64,000 nt of DNA from a virus (taxonomy: Duplodnaviria > Heunggongvirae > Uroviricota > Caudoviricetes), in the IMG/VR virus record IMGVR_UViG_3300017565_000017, positions 779 through 64,778 of that record, one strand, 5' to 3'. This document shows, piece by piece, positions 43,082-53,106 of this stretch. The translations under genes and the position numbers were made by a program. The notes beneath the pieces are model-generated. The model searched no databases. It was not told where the DNA came from and worked only from the letters and a program-made list of their open reading frames with translations. The first letter of the stretch is position 1, and every line of letters starts with the position of its first letter.

Positions 43082-46000
43082 ATGGCTGAATCTCGATTTT
43101 ACTACCCAATTACGGTCCATCAAGGGGCGTCCTCCGCCAGTATAGACACGCCCTTCGTATGCACCATTCCTTTGAATCAAGCCCTCAAGGGCTCAGCTAT
43201 TATCCTGTCCGCTGACGAAGGCACAGCCACGCAGGGTCTATACATATGGGACGACAGGCGTTGGCGCTTTGCATTGCCTCAGGTGAACGTGTCAGTCGGT
43301 GTGATTGATGGGTACACTATCGACGTGTACTGGGATCAGACTGGTCCGGTATCTCCTTTACCCGATGGCGCGATTGTGTTCCGCAATGGAACTTTGTCGC
43401 CTACCCAGCAGGTAGAAGGCACCCCCGGCGTGGTGTACGTTGTCATGGTTCCAGTTTCTGGAACAGGTTCTGGTACTGTTAAGTCGGTTAATGATGTTCT
43501 GCCTGACGCTAATGGTAATGTAGAGGTCACAATTGCGGACATACCTGGGCTTTCTACCGAGCTCGACTCCTTCGTTAAGTCAGTAAACCATATTCTGCCC
43601 GATTCTGCAGGTGATTTGACGCTGGCTGCGGCTGACGTTAGTGCTGTAGCTCTAGCCGACGTTGGTCAGCCTGACGGCGTTGCCTCTCTGGATTCAAATG
43701 GTTGGGTTCCAATGTCCCAACTCCCGCCCGGTATTATTGGCGGCCTTCAATACCAGGGTACATATGACGCTGCAACTGACACTCCACCTCTGCCCGCCCC
43801 AGACCCCAGCAATAAGGGTTACTATTGGGTTGTCAGCGTATCTGGCACTCAGCAAGGGTTGGAGTTACGGGTTGGTGACTGGGTAGTTAGCAATGGCACG
43901 TCTTACGATAAGATCGACAACCAAGAAGGCCGAGTGTTGTCGGTTAACGGAGCTACGCCGGATCCGTCTGACGGTAACGTTGTGGTGCCGGTCGCTACCG
44001 CGTCTGTCGCTGGTACGGTGTACGTACCAACGGTCGGCGGTTTGACCGTAGCTCCAGACGGTGCTCTTGCGATTGGCCCTGGATTTGGCCCGTGGACTCC
44101 GTCACAGACCCTGTGGGTTGACTACGCTGGTGATCCGATTAACGGCACAGGTCAGCAGAACAATCCATATACGACTATTGGTCAGGCGATTGACAATGCA
44201 GCCCCTAACGCTGTTATTATGATCAGCCCTGGGTCGTACGCTGAGAGTCTGGTCCTAGGATCAAAGCCTCTGTATTTGAAAGGCTGGGGGAACGTAGGTA
44301 ACTATGCCCGTACCGTTATCACCGGTAATCTAGTCGTTGGAGGCGCGAATCAGATCCGTATCCAGGATCTGGGAATTAATTACAACGGCACTCAGCCCTG
44401 CTTTTGGATCACTAGCGTCGGTACGACAGCGGGTTTCAAATTCGAAAACATCGTTATCAACGCGAACAACACGCAGACGGCCTTGCAGACGGATGCAAGC
44501 GCAGGCGCGTGGACTGGTAGTGCGTACTTCGTCTCGCTGTATGTCAACGCAGGCAAGATCAATCACGCTGCCGGAACTGGCTACGTGACGACACGCATGT
44601 TCCCGCAGGACAGCATGAGCACGCTGGAAGTTCACGGTGGTACCATCGACCTCACTGAGGTGTGGCACCTGAACTCGATCCTGCACACTGCCGGTACGCT
44701 TCAACTGTTCCGCGCGCGCTCCATCGGTACAGATCCGGGTGTGGCTGCAATCGTTTCGACCGCGGATAACAGCGCAGGCAACTTCCTGCTGATGCACAAA
44801 GTGAGTACGTGGATCACCGCGACGGCTCAGTCCTTCGTGAGCAAGACAGGTAACTGCCCTTACGTGATCGACGGTTTGACGCGCAACCTGGTCAACGATG
44901 TCTTCAATGGGATCATGGTCCCATTGAAAACTGATCAGGACCAGGATACTATCGTTTCGTACACCGGAGTCAATTATACGGGTGCTCGTGGTGCCTATCT
45001 ACCTGCGCACTTGGGCGGTATCGACACGGCTCTTGGTCAGCGTTTGCGTCAACTCGCAAGTATCGGCACTGGCACTACACTTGTCGGTGTTGCAGCGAAC
45101 GGCGAAGTGAAGTCACTTGCGGCTGGAACGGGTGTGAGTGTTTCGAGCTCAGCTAACACCGTTACCGTGGTGAACACTGGAGTTATCGCGCTTTCGAACG
45201 TTGGCGGCGCTGGTACGACTTCTCTGGTTAACACGGCTGCTGGACAACTGAAATCGATCCAGGGTGCTGGGGGCCTGACTATCAGTGAAGCTGGTGGTGT
45301 TGTCACGTTGACTAGTTCACAGGCTTCAACAGGTGTAACGACGCTGAACGGACTTGCGGATGCGGTGACACTTGTAGGCAATGCTCCTATCACAGCAATT
45401 GTCAACGGTCAGGATATCAACCTTTCCTACACGGGCCTGCGCTCGTTGAATGGTATTGTCGGTGCTGGTCAGTTGATCGAAGGTCTTGGTATCGACATTG
45501 ACACCACAGGTCAAAACTTGACCGTGACTAATACAGGTGTGCGCTTCATGCAGGCGGGCGCTTCGCAGTTGACTGGCGGCGTGGTTCTTGTCGCCGGTGA
45601 AAATGTGACGCTGACGCCAGATGAAGGTGCTAACACAATCACGATTGACAGCACGGGTGGTGGAGGTACTGGTGGTGTTACGTCGGTGAATACTCTACAA
45701 GGAGCACTGACAATCGCTAGCGGTACTGGAATTGCAGTTTCTGCTATGGGGAGCACCATAACAGTAAGTGCGACTGGGGCTGCTAATCCAGTAGCCACGC
45801 TGAATACTCTGAGTGGTAATCTAAATCTTGTGGGCGAAGGTGGTATCACTGTTACCGCTCAGGGGGCAGACACTCTTCTGGTCACTTATGATGGCGGGGC
45901 TTCGGTTTCAGTGACCTCACTGAATACCCTGACTGGTGATGTGTCGCTTGTCGCCGGTACGGGTATCAATATAGATAGCACTACAACCCCAGGTAGTATC

Positions 46001-46417
46001 GTCATTACGGCACCCCCAACCGGCATTCAGAACGTGCAGACAATTCCGGATGGTGGAATTGCTGGAGCCGTTTCGCTTATTGAAAGTGTCTCAGCTGGGG
46101 TGGCGAATCTGAAGAATTTGCTACCTAGCTCGACGATTAATTTCGTTGACACTCCTGAAGGTATTCAGATCTCGACGCTGGGTGGCGGTGGTGGTTCTGT
46201 CACTACTGTTGCTGGTATCGCACCGGATGGAAGTGGAAACGTCCCACTAACAGCACAAGATCTGGATGCGCTGAAAGCTGATGGCACTGTACCGTTTACC
46301 GCTAATCTGGATGCTGCAACGTTCACCATTGACAATTTGGCTGATCCAGTGGCCGCACAACAACCTGTCACGCTGAACTATGTGGAAACACTAATGGTGG
46401 ATCAAGGAACTTTCTAA
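43082..46417 (+). CDS. Long tail fibre protein (about 1111 aa; start moved to ATG 43082)
   Basis: SVN..PD..G.V.L repeats; YQGTYDA..KGYYWVV..VGDWVVSNG domain; central beta-helix-like region; repeated V.S.N.L.G.V.L.AG.GI.I units. Confidence 0.8.
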   Translation: MAESRFYYPITVHQGASSASIDTPFVCTIPLNQALKGSAIILSADEGTATQGLYIWDDRRWRFALPQVNVSVGVIDGYTIDVYWDQTGPVSPLPDGAIVFRNGTLSPTQQVEGTPGVVYVVMVPVSGTGSGTVKSVNDVLPDANGNVEVTIADIPGLSTELDSFVKSVNHILPDSAGDLTLAAADVSAVALADVGQPDGVASLDSNGWVPMSQLPPGIIGGLQYQGTYDAATDTPPLPAPDPSNKGYYWVVSVSGTQQGLELRVGDWVVSNGTSYDKIDNQEGRVLSVNGATPDPSDGNVVVPVATASVAGTVYVPTVGGLTVAPDGALAIGPGFGPWTPSQTLWVDYAGDPINGTGQQNNPYTTIGQAIDNAAPNAVIMISPGSYAESLVLGSKPLYLKGWGNVGNYARTVITGNLVVGGANQIRIQDLGINYNGTQPCFWITSVGTTAGFKFENIVINANNTQTALQTDASAGAWTGSAYFVSLYVNAGKINHAAGTGYVTTRMFPQDSMSTLEVHGGTIDLTEVWHLNSILHTAGTLQLFRARSIGTDPGVAAIVSTADNSAGNFLLMHKVSTWITATAQSFVSKTGNCPYVIDGLTRNLVNDVFNGIMVPLKTDQDQDTIVSYTGVNYTGARGAYLPAHLGGIDTALGQRLRQLASIGTGTTLVGVAANGEVKSLAAGTGVSVSSSANTVTVVNTGVIALSNVGGAGTTSLVNTAAGQLKSIQGAGGLTISEAGGVVTLTSSQASTGVTTLNGLADAVTLVGNAPITAIVNGQDINLSYTGLRSLNGIVGAGQLIEGLGIDIDTTGQNLTVTNTGVRFMQAGASQLTGGVVLVAGENVTLTPDEGANTITIDSTGGGGTGGVTSVNTLQGALTIASGTGIAVSAMGSTITVSATGAANPVATLNTLSGNLNLVGEGGITVTAQGADTLLVTYDGGASVSVTSLNTLTGDVSLVAGTGINIDSTTTPGSIVITAPPTGIQNVQTIPDGGIAGAVSLIESVSAGVANLKNLLPSSTINFVDTPEGIQISTLGGGGGSVTTVAGIAPDGSGNVPLTAQDLDALKADGTVPFTANLDAATFTIDNLADPVAAQQPVTLNYVETLMVDQGTF

Positions 46418-46418
46418 C

Positions 46419-47645
46419 ATGGCTACGATAAATATCCCGATTCAGATGAAGGGAACGGAGGTCGCAGGCCGTATCCCTACTGCGGCTGATCTAGTTGAAC
46501 GACAACTAGTTATGAACTTGACTGACGGTCGTCTGTGGTCTAAAACGTCCGGTGGTCAGGTGGTGCAGTTTGGTGTCGCTAGTGCGGATTTCTCACAAGT
46601 CGCTTTCACGGGCGACTATGATGATTTGACGAATACGCCCAGTATTACCCCTTATACATTACCTCCATCTACTGCGGCACTCTTAGGCGGTATAAAGATT
46701 GGGGCTGGTCTTAATGTTACTCTGGATGGTACAGCCTCGGCTGCTGTCCAGAGTGTACAGGGCCAGAATGGCACAGCAAAAACCGGCATTGTGACCATAA
46801 CTCGCTCAGATATAGGTCTAGATATCCTAGACGCGAACGATCGAATCAAGCCGGAATACTTGCCTGATTCAATCACGGGTGCAATGGTTTATAAGGGGAC
46901 CTGGGATGCGGACACAAACACTCCCACAATACCCGCAGCGGACTCAGGCAATTTGGGATGGCTCTATGTTGTCTCAGTTCCTGGAACCACTTCAATCGAT
47001 GGTAATTCTACGTGGGAGGTCGGTGATTGGCTCATAAGCGATGGTACGGCGTGGCAACGGGTGGCTGCGTTGCAGACTACTGTAGTGAGCGTCAACGGGA
47101 AGACTGGAGCAGTATCTCTTACCCTTGTTGACTTTCCCGATGCCTCCACAGTAGCCCGCACTGGTCAGTATAGTGATCTGCTGGGTATTCCCACAGAATT
47201 CCCACCGCAGGCACATACCCAACCGATTTCGACTATTACTGGCGCGTCGGTTGTAGCTGCTACTGGTCAGTACGCAGATCTGCTTGGACTTCCGCCGAAT
47301 CCAGCTGTGGCGAATGTTGGATTCAATGCTATAGGTACTCCCGTTCTACAAGGTAACGTCCGATTCCCATTTCCGGTGCCGATTAAGTTTAGTGCAAACT
47401 GGGCCGGTTCCGTAGCGTTCTTCACACTTTATACCGGCACTACCGCAACTATTCAACTAAACCGTATTCGTGCGGGCGTTTCGACCAATGTAGGTTCTAT
47501 TCAATACGTAGAATCCACTGGAGTCGTCACGTTTACCGCGTTGGAACCTGAACCGACGTTTCTGGCCGCAGATCAACTCGAATGGGTGTGGCCCAGCAAC
47601 ATCGCGCAATTCAACTGCAACATGCTTGGCACCCGTTCGGCCTAA
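46419..47645 (+). CDS. Tail fibre protein (408 aa)
   Basis: T4 gp34-like N-terminus (RIPTAADLVERQLVMNLTDGRLWSK); YKGTWDA..VGDWLISDG domain. Confidence 0.75.
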   Translation: MATINIPIQMKGTEVAGRIPTAADLVERQLVMNLTDGRLWSKTSGGQVVQFGVASADFSQVAFTGDYDDLTNTPSITPYTLPPSTAALLGGIKIGAGLNVTLDGTASAAVQSVQGQNGTAKTGIVTITRSDIGLDILDANDRIKPEYLPDSITGAMVYKGTWDADTNTPTIPAADSGNLGWLYVVSVPGTTSIDGNSTWEVGDWLISDGTAWQRVAALQTTVVSVNGKTGAVSLTLVDFPDASTVARTGQYSDLLGIPTEFPPQAHTQPISTITGASVVAATGQYADLLGLPPNPAVANVGFNAIGTPVLQGNVRFPFPVPIKFSANWAGSVAFFTLYTGTTATIQLNRIRAGVSTNVGSIQYVESTGVVTFTALEPEPTFLAADQLEWVWPSNIAQFNCNMLGTRSA

Positions 47646-47669
47646 TCGCCATAACGTAAGGAATTAATC

Positions 47670-48848
47670 ATGGCTACCCCGCTTTTCATCAAAGACACGT
47701 TCGGAATGGAAGCCGATCCGGTTGGCATTCTGACGCAGAATTATCCGGTCTACACGCCGAACGCGACCTACACGCCGCAGATCACCGCAGGCACCGGGAA
47801 ATTCTCGGGCCAAGGTCTGAGCGTTAACCGTGCACCTTCAGCAACGTTTGCAGTGGGTATGCAACGTGAGTTCGCGTCCACCGGTCGTATCACGAACACC
47901 GTTACTGCGGGCGCTGGAGCAAACGCGGAAAAATCGCTGTTCCAATGGTCCGGCTGGGTTCAACTGAATACGGTTGCGACCACGTTGGCCGCGACGCCAC
48001 TGATTTCGCTGGCATCCAGCGCACAAGGAACCGGCAACCGCATCCCTCTGTTTGGTGTGCTGAACAACACCACAGCCGGGTTGAATCTGGTGTTCCCCAC
48101 GAACTACAGTTCGTTCACCACGGGACCGGTGCTGGTGGCCGTGCAAACCGGCCTGTACTACTTCGTGAGCGTTCGCGTGTCCGGTGCAGTCGCGTCCAAC
48201 ACACTGCAAACGACGGTGGTCGTGTCTGGCGCGACGATCCGCGACAACCTTGCCACCACCTACAGCGCGGCGCAGTTTAACGCCGGCAGCATCGTTAATC
48301 GTTGGCAGACGGAAAATTCAACATCTGTCACTTATACGCTCGATGACGTGACGATGCAGCAAGTGGATGGCACTTCCCCGCTGTGGCCAGCAGGCTTTAC
48401 CGATGGTGTCGCCAACCTGCCTGTGCAGGGTGCGAACGATATGCCGCTGATGCCGCCCGTGCGTTCCTGGCTGCGTCCGTTGGACTCGAACGGTTCGGTG
48501 AATCAATGGGTTCCCAGCGCCGCAATCCCCAACTATCAAGCGGCTGCATCGTCCACTGAATTTGTGCAAGCCACGGATTCGGGTCAAGTCGATCTGTACA
48601 AGTTCGACCCCACCACGACGCCTGCGCTGACCGGCATCAAGGCTGTGCAGATCACGGAAACGAGCGCGAAATTCCTTTCGGTCAATCCGCAACTGAAGTA
48701 CGAGGCGGCGGACGCCACCACCACGAATTTCGACGTGGTGTCGAAGGGAACGCAGCGCATCATCGCTGTCAAGGAACAAGGCGCGAGCGACACGGAATTC
48801 ACTCCGGCCACGCTGGCAACCCTGGAAGTCGGAAACATCAGCCTGTAA
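47670..48848 (+). CDS. Adhesin-cassette protein (392 aa; lectin-like N-half plus shared C-terminal domain)
   Basis: AAGGA SD; C-terminal QW.P..NY..FVQA.D.GQVDLY..IKAVQ similar to the next four genes. Confidence 0.7.
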   Translation: MATPLFIKDTFGMEADPVGILTQNYPVYTPNATYTPQITAGTGKFSGQGLSVNRAPSATFAVGMQREFASTGRITNTVTAGAGANAEKSLFQWSGWVQLNTVATTLAATPLISLASSAQGTGNRIPLFGVLNNTTAGLNLVFPTNYSSFTTGPVLVAVQTGLYYFVSVRVSGAVASNTLQTTVVVSGATIRDNLATTYSAAQFNAGSIVNRWQTENSTSVTYTLDDVTMQQVDGTSPLWPAGFTDGVANLPVQGANDMPLMPPVRSWLRPLDSNGSVNQWVPSAAIPNYQAAASSTEFVQATDSGQVDLYKFDPTTTPALTGIKAVQITETSAKFLSVNPQLKYEAADATTTNFDVVSKGTQRIIAVKEQGASDTEFTPATLATLEVGNISL

Positions 48849-48866
48849 AGGCGTTGGAGTAAAGCA

Positions 48867-50951
48867 ATGACGATACTTGGAGCGGAAAGCTATAACGGCC
48901 CGCGCAACTCAGCAGACCTTCAAGCCGCTGGTTCCTGGGCGAGTCCTGCGGCACTTACTGGCGGCGGTGTCCCTTATGGAGCTCCGCTTCAGTATCGTTC
49001 CCTGATGCGCTCGAATACCGCTGTGTCAAGTTCTGCCTATCCGTTCACGTTGACTACGGGAAATGATGCGTTCATGAACGTTCGCCGCATCGGGAACGCG
49101 CAAGACCTTTACACCGCTGGTGGATTCTGGCTCGGATTCACCGCGACGAGTTTGAGCGCCAGTGCTAGTAACTTTGTGACAAACGGCACCGACATATTCG
49201 GCATGAACACGATAGGTACTGCGCGCACGAGCACAGATCGTGTGGTTTGGTCTGACGTGACGAACACGGTGATCAACATTGCTGGAACTACCGCAATCGG
49301 AAACACTCCGGTTTACGTAGGCGGCAAATACTACGTGATGGTTTCGAATACGGGATGGGCGTCCGGCGATTCCATTCCCGGCACGTTCACGTACACGGCA
49401 TTTAGCATCGGCGGCGGTCCCGGGTTCTATGGGTTTATGCCGCCTGCTGCCCCTGATAACTTATACTACGTATACGGATACGTTTTTGCAGGCGGGTTTC
49501 AGTCACGCTTGTGGACTTCGGCATCCGGTGGCGCAGGCACTTGGGCCATATCGTCCGGAAGTTTTCCGGGTGGTGGTGTGGTCAACATGTTTCGCGCTGG
49601 CGGCGCTGTCTACGCTGTTTCGCAGCCGCTGGACGGAAGTGTGCAGGTGTCTTATCTGTCGCGTTCACCTGACGGCATAACGTGGACAAACAAGGGCAAC
49701 ACCAACACTCGGAACGGCTATCAAACGATGGCCGCAAGCCCCACAACGATTGTAGTCGGTGGTGTTGGCGGTCGTATTTTCTCATCTACCGATGACGGTG
49801 AAACTTTCGTTCAACGCACGTCCGGAACAACCGCAAACGTTGTTTCGGTGGTGTGGACGGGAACTGAATTCGTTGCGTTCCTGCACAACTTAGACATTAT
49901 GTATTCGGCGGATGGTCTGACGTGGACCGTCAAGCCGCGCGATCTGGTTCCGTCCACCTACGATCCGCTGATAACGTCAGGCCAAGTTCTTGTCACGACC
50001 ACAGGCACTTTCTTTGTGAATCCTGTGTACACGTTCAAGTGGGACGAAGTTGGTAAGCGCTGGGAGTGCTTGCGCGCGGCTCAGGCCGGGGCGCTTTCGA
50101 ATGGTGCGATAACGCAACCCACTGGATTCTTTTTCGGGTCCGGCACTTCGCCAACTGGGGCGATCACGGGCGGTCGCGGCATGTGTGGTTTTGTGCAGTA
50201 TCTGTCACGACTTGACGCAGTAGGAACGGCAAGTACCAACGCGTGGTCGTTGCAGCAAACTTTTGTGAACGCTGCGATGGTGCAGGATCAGCCCGCGCGA
50301 TTCGAAATGAGTGCAACTGCTGTACCGGGTCAGTCTGTGCCGACGTTCGACGTGCAATGGATTTACAACGGAACGCCCGGCAGCACGACGTTGCGTGTCA
50401 CGGCTGCATCTGCTGCACAAGACGTTTATTTCACGACCGCAGCCACCGGTCACAACCAGTGGACAAACGTCGTCTACGGCAACATGGCGGGCACGCGCAA
50501 CAAAGGCCCGATGGGTGATGTGCGCATTCTGAAAAAGTCGAACACGACAGACGTTCAAGCACAGTGGGAACGCGTTCCAGGTGATGCGGCATCGAACGCG
50601 GTTGCTGCGTCTGGAAACGGATCGCTCACGCTGAAAACGTCTTCTGTGCAATCGCTGGCCGTTGATGACACGGACGAATACACGGGTGCCCCCGTCGATA
50701 TTCCGGCTGGCTACAAAGTGTCGGCGTTGATGGTTTCTGCTGGTGCTCAGCGTCTTGGCATTCCCACGCCGTCTGTGACGTTGGGTGTGATCGACAACGG
50801 TGCGGCGCTGCCCGTAGCAACGGCGAATCTCACCGGATCGACCGCCACGATTGTTCCACTGTCGCAAATCTACGAAACGACGGATAGCGGCGAACCGTGG
50901 GATGCAGCGTCCCTTGCAACGTCATCGGTGGCGATCAAACGAACAGTTTAG
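48867..50951 (+). CDS. Asp-box beta-propeller receptor-binding/adhesin protein (694 aa)
   Basis: SPDGITW, STDDGETF, SADGLTW; shared C-terminal domain ending IKRT. Confidence 0.75.
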   Translation: MTILGAESYNGPRNSADLQAAGSWASPAALTGGGVPYGAPLQYRSLMRSNTAVSSSAYPFTLTTGNDAFMNVRRIGNAQDLYTAGGFWLGFTATSLSASASNFVTNGTDIFGMNTIGTARTSTDRVVWSDVTNTVINIAGTTAIGNTPVYVGGKYYVMVSNTGWASGDSIPGTFTYTAFSIGGGPGFYGFMPPAAPDNLYYVYGYVFAGGFQSRLWTSASGGAGTWAISSGSFPGGGVVNMFRAGGAVYAVSQPLDGSVQVSYLSRSPDGITWTNKGNTNTRNGYQTMAASPTTIVVGGVGGRIFSSTDDGETFVQRTSGTTANVVSVVWTGTEFVAFLHNLDIMYSADGLTWTVKPRDLVPSTYDPLITSGQVLVTTTGTFFVNPVYTFKWDEVGKRWECLRAAQAGALSNGAITQPTGFFFGSGTSPTGAITGGRGMCGFVQYLSRLDAVGTASTNAWSLQQTFVNAAMVQDQPARFEMSATAVPGQSVPTFDVQWIYNGTPGSTTLRVTAASAAQDVYFTTAATGHNQWTNVVYGNMAGTRNKGPMGDVRILKKSNTTDVQAQWERVPGDAASNAVAASGNGSLTLKTSSVQSLAVDDTDEYTGAPVDIPAGYKVSALMVSAGAQRLGIPTPSVTLGVIDNGAALPVATANLTGSTATIVPLSQIYETTDSGEPWDAASLATSSVAIKRTV

Positions 50952-50962
50952 GAGTAAAGGAA

Positions 50963-53095
50963 ATGGCGATCACCAAAGTTCGCGGCTTCAACCGGGGCAA
51001 AACTTACGACGATCTGCGAGCAATCGCAGGTGGTCCGTCCGTTGTGCCCAATCTTGCTAACGCCGGACTGTTTGCGCACCCTGGCTACGGAACTCCGTGG
51101 AATAGCACTCACACAGGATCGCTGCATAGATCATGGACAGCGACGGATACTTCTTCTTATCCCGGCGCAACCGCTGGCAACTCAGAACGTGTAGTGTATC
51201 TGGAAGATATGGGTTCGTTGGCCGATTACGCTGCCTCTGGTGGTTTTGCTGTTTCGATGAAAGTCAAGTGGGAAGGTATGTCGTGGCAAGCGTTAGGTTC
51301 TGACGGCACAAACTTCATTTGTGCATATTCATCAGCCCTGAGTGCGACAACTCCGGATTTGGTGAATTATCAAGCACTAAACAACAGTAGTTCGGGTCCG
51401 AATGTTGGCTACAGTAATGGTCGTGTCTCTTTCGCGAACAACCGCATTTTGGCTGCAACCGGAACCACGTATGCCACGCTAGGTGATGCGCCCGGGGGTA
51501 ATTGGACCACCCTGACTTTCGGTTCTGCGCAGCAGAATATGTCGGCAAATGGGATTGTGTTTCGCAACGGTCAGTATTACGTGTATGGGTACACGAACGG
51601 CCTAGGCGGGGCAGTTTGGCGAACTGCTGATGAAACGTGGACGCTTACCGGCGGCACAATGGTTTATGCAGCAGGGAACACGATCAATGCTATTGAACAC
51701 ATGGATTGGTTTGACGACGTGGGGTGTTTTCTTGGTGCGTGTACGCGTAACCGGGCCAGTGCCCAAGCCCAAGCGGGTATCGTTAAATCCGTGGATGGAA
51801 CTACGTGGACTGACGCTTTCGTAAGCACTACCAGCACCACAGGATTGATGAGCGTTGCTACGAACGGATCGGGTACGGCTGTGGCCGTTGGCTACAACGG
51901 ATTTATCGTTACGAGTACGGATGGCACGGCAACAACGTGGACACAAGTTAGTTCAGGCCAAACCAATCAACGTTTTACGTCGGTACGTTGGTTCAACGGA
52001 GAATTCGTAGCCATCACCCAGGGTGGCGGCACGTCAACATCTCCAGACGGCCTAATCTGGACCTGGGTAGAACAGCCGCAAACCTATGCCGTTAGTGCAG
52101 CAATTGGGTTTGAACAGTTCATCCATCAAGGAAACTTATACGCGTACAAACGCGGAGTCGGGATAAATCAACAAGTAGTTGTGAGATATTCCGATTCGGG
52201 CACCTGGGAAATCATTCAGTTTCTGTTCACATCGATCACGAACGTTAGTACAGTGACCATTCCTGCGGGTATATTTTTCTCTGACGCGCCGAACGCCACC
52301 GGCCTACTGCTAAATTCGAGCAACATGGCAGGTATCAATATGTTCAGTACGGGTGCATACGTGTGCCAGTCGTCATCTTCGGCCATGTGGACAGTTAATG
52401 AACAGGCCGCACCCGGGCCGCGTGATAACGACTGGCATAGAATTTCCATCGTGGGAACTACTGTCGCAGGGCAGCCGGTTCCCACGTTCAACATCAGTGT
52501 CTATTACGATGGAAATCTTGTGTCCGGACCGAGTGGCAATCGGGCAGCAGCGAACGCGAATCAGCGCCTGTGGCTATGCAGTTCAAGTGGCACGTGGAAC
52601 ATGATATGCGACGTGATTGCTACGGATTTTTCCGGATCGCGCAACGTTGGATTGACCGGTGATGTTCAGATTCGCCCACGCGCACTCACAACCGACGTTG
52701 AAGCGCAGTGGGAAAAGATTCCGGCAGGTGCTGCATCCAACGCTGCGGCTGCGCAAGGAAACGGGTCTGTCCTTTACGCCAATTCATACGTGCAAAGTTC
52801 CGCCACGACCGACACCGACGTTTACGCGGGTGACACGCTTTCTACGATCCCTGGCTACAAAATCGCTGCTGTAAATGTCACTGCCTCATTCCAGCGCCTG
52901 GGCATTCCGACGCCCACGGTTGAACTGAGCGTGACGGAAGGTGGTTCGAGTCTCCCGGCGCAGTCCACAACGCTTACCGGATCAACGGCTGAAAACGTGA
53001 GTCTGGTTGCGCTCTACCCGACGAAACTTGATGGCGGAAGTTGGACGCCGGAGACGGTGACGACCGCCAACGTACAAATCAAACGCACAGCATAA
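50963..53095 (+). CDS. Asp-box beta-propeller adhesin paralogue (start moved to ATG 50963)
   Basis: AAAGGA SD; SVDGTTW, SPDGLIW; C-terminus closely similar to the 48867 protein. Confidence 0.75.
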   Translation: MAITKVRGFNRGKTYDDLRAIAGGPSVVPNLANAGLFAHPGYGTPWNSTHTGSLHRSWTATDTSSYPGATAGNSERVVYLEDMGSLADYAASGGFAVSMKVKWEGMSWQALGSDGTNFICAYSSALSATTPDLVNYQALNNSSSGPNVGYSNGRVSFANNRILAATGTTYATLGDAPGGNWTTLTFGSAQQNMSANGIVFRNGQYYVYGYTNGLGGAVWRTADETWTLTGGTMVYAAGNTINAIEHMDWFDDVGCFLGACTRNRASAQAQAGIVKSVDGTTWTDAFVSTTSTTGLMSVATNGSGTAVAVGYNGFIVTSTDGTATTWTQVSSGQTNQRFTSVRWFNGEFVAITQGGGTSTSPDGLIWTWVEQPQTYAVSAAIGFEQFIHQGNLYAYKRGVGINQQVVVRYSDSGTWEIIQFLFTSITNVSTVTIPAGIFFSDAPNATGLLLNSSNMAGINMFSTGAYVCQSSSSAMWTVNEQAAPGPRDNDWHRISIVGTTVAGQPVPTFNISVYYDGNLVSGPSGNRAAANANQRLWLCSSSGTWNMICDVIATDFSGSRNVGLTGDVQIRPRALTTDVEAQWEKIPAGAASNAAAAQGNGSVLYANSYVQSSATTDTDVYAGDTLSTIPGYKIAAVNVTASFQRLGIPTPTVELSVTEGGSSLPAQSTTLTGSTAENVSLVALYPTKLDGGSWTPETVTTANVQIKRTA

Positions 53096-53106
53096 AAGGT
53101 GTAATC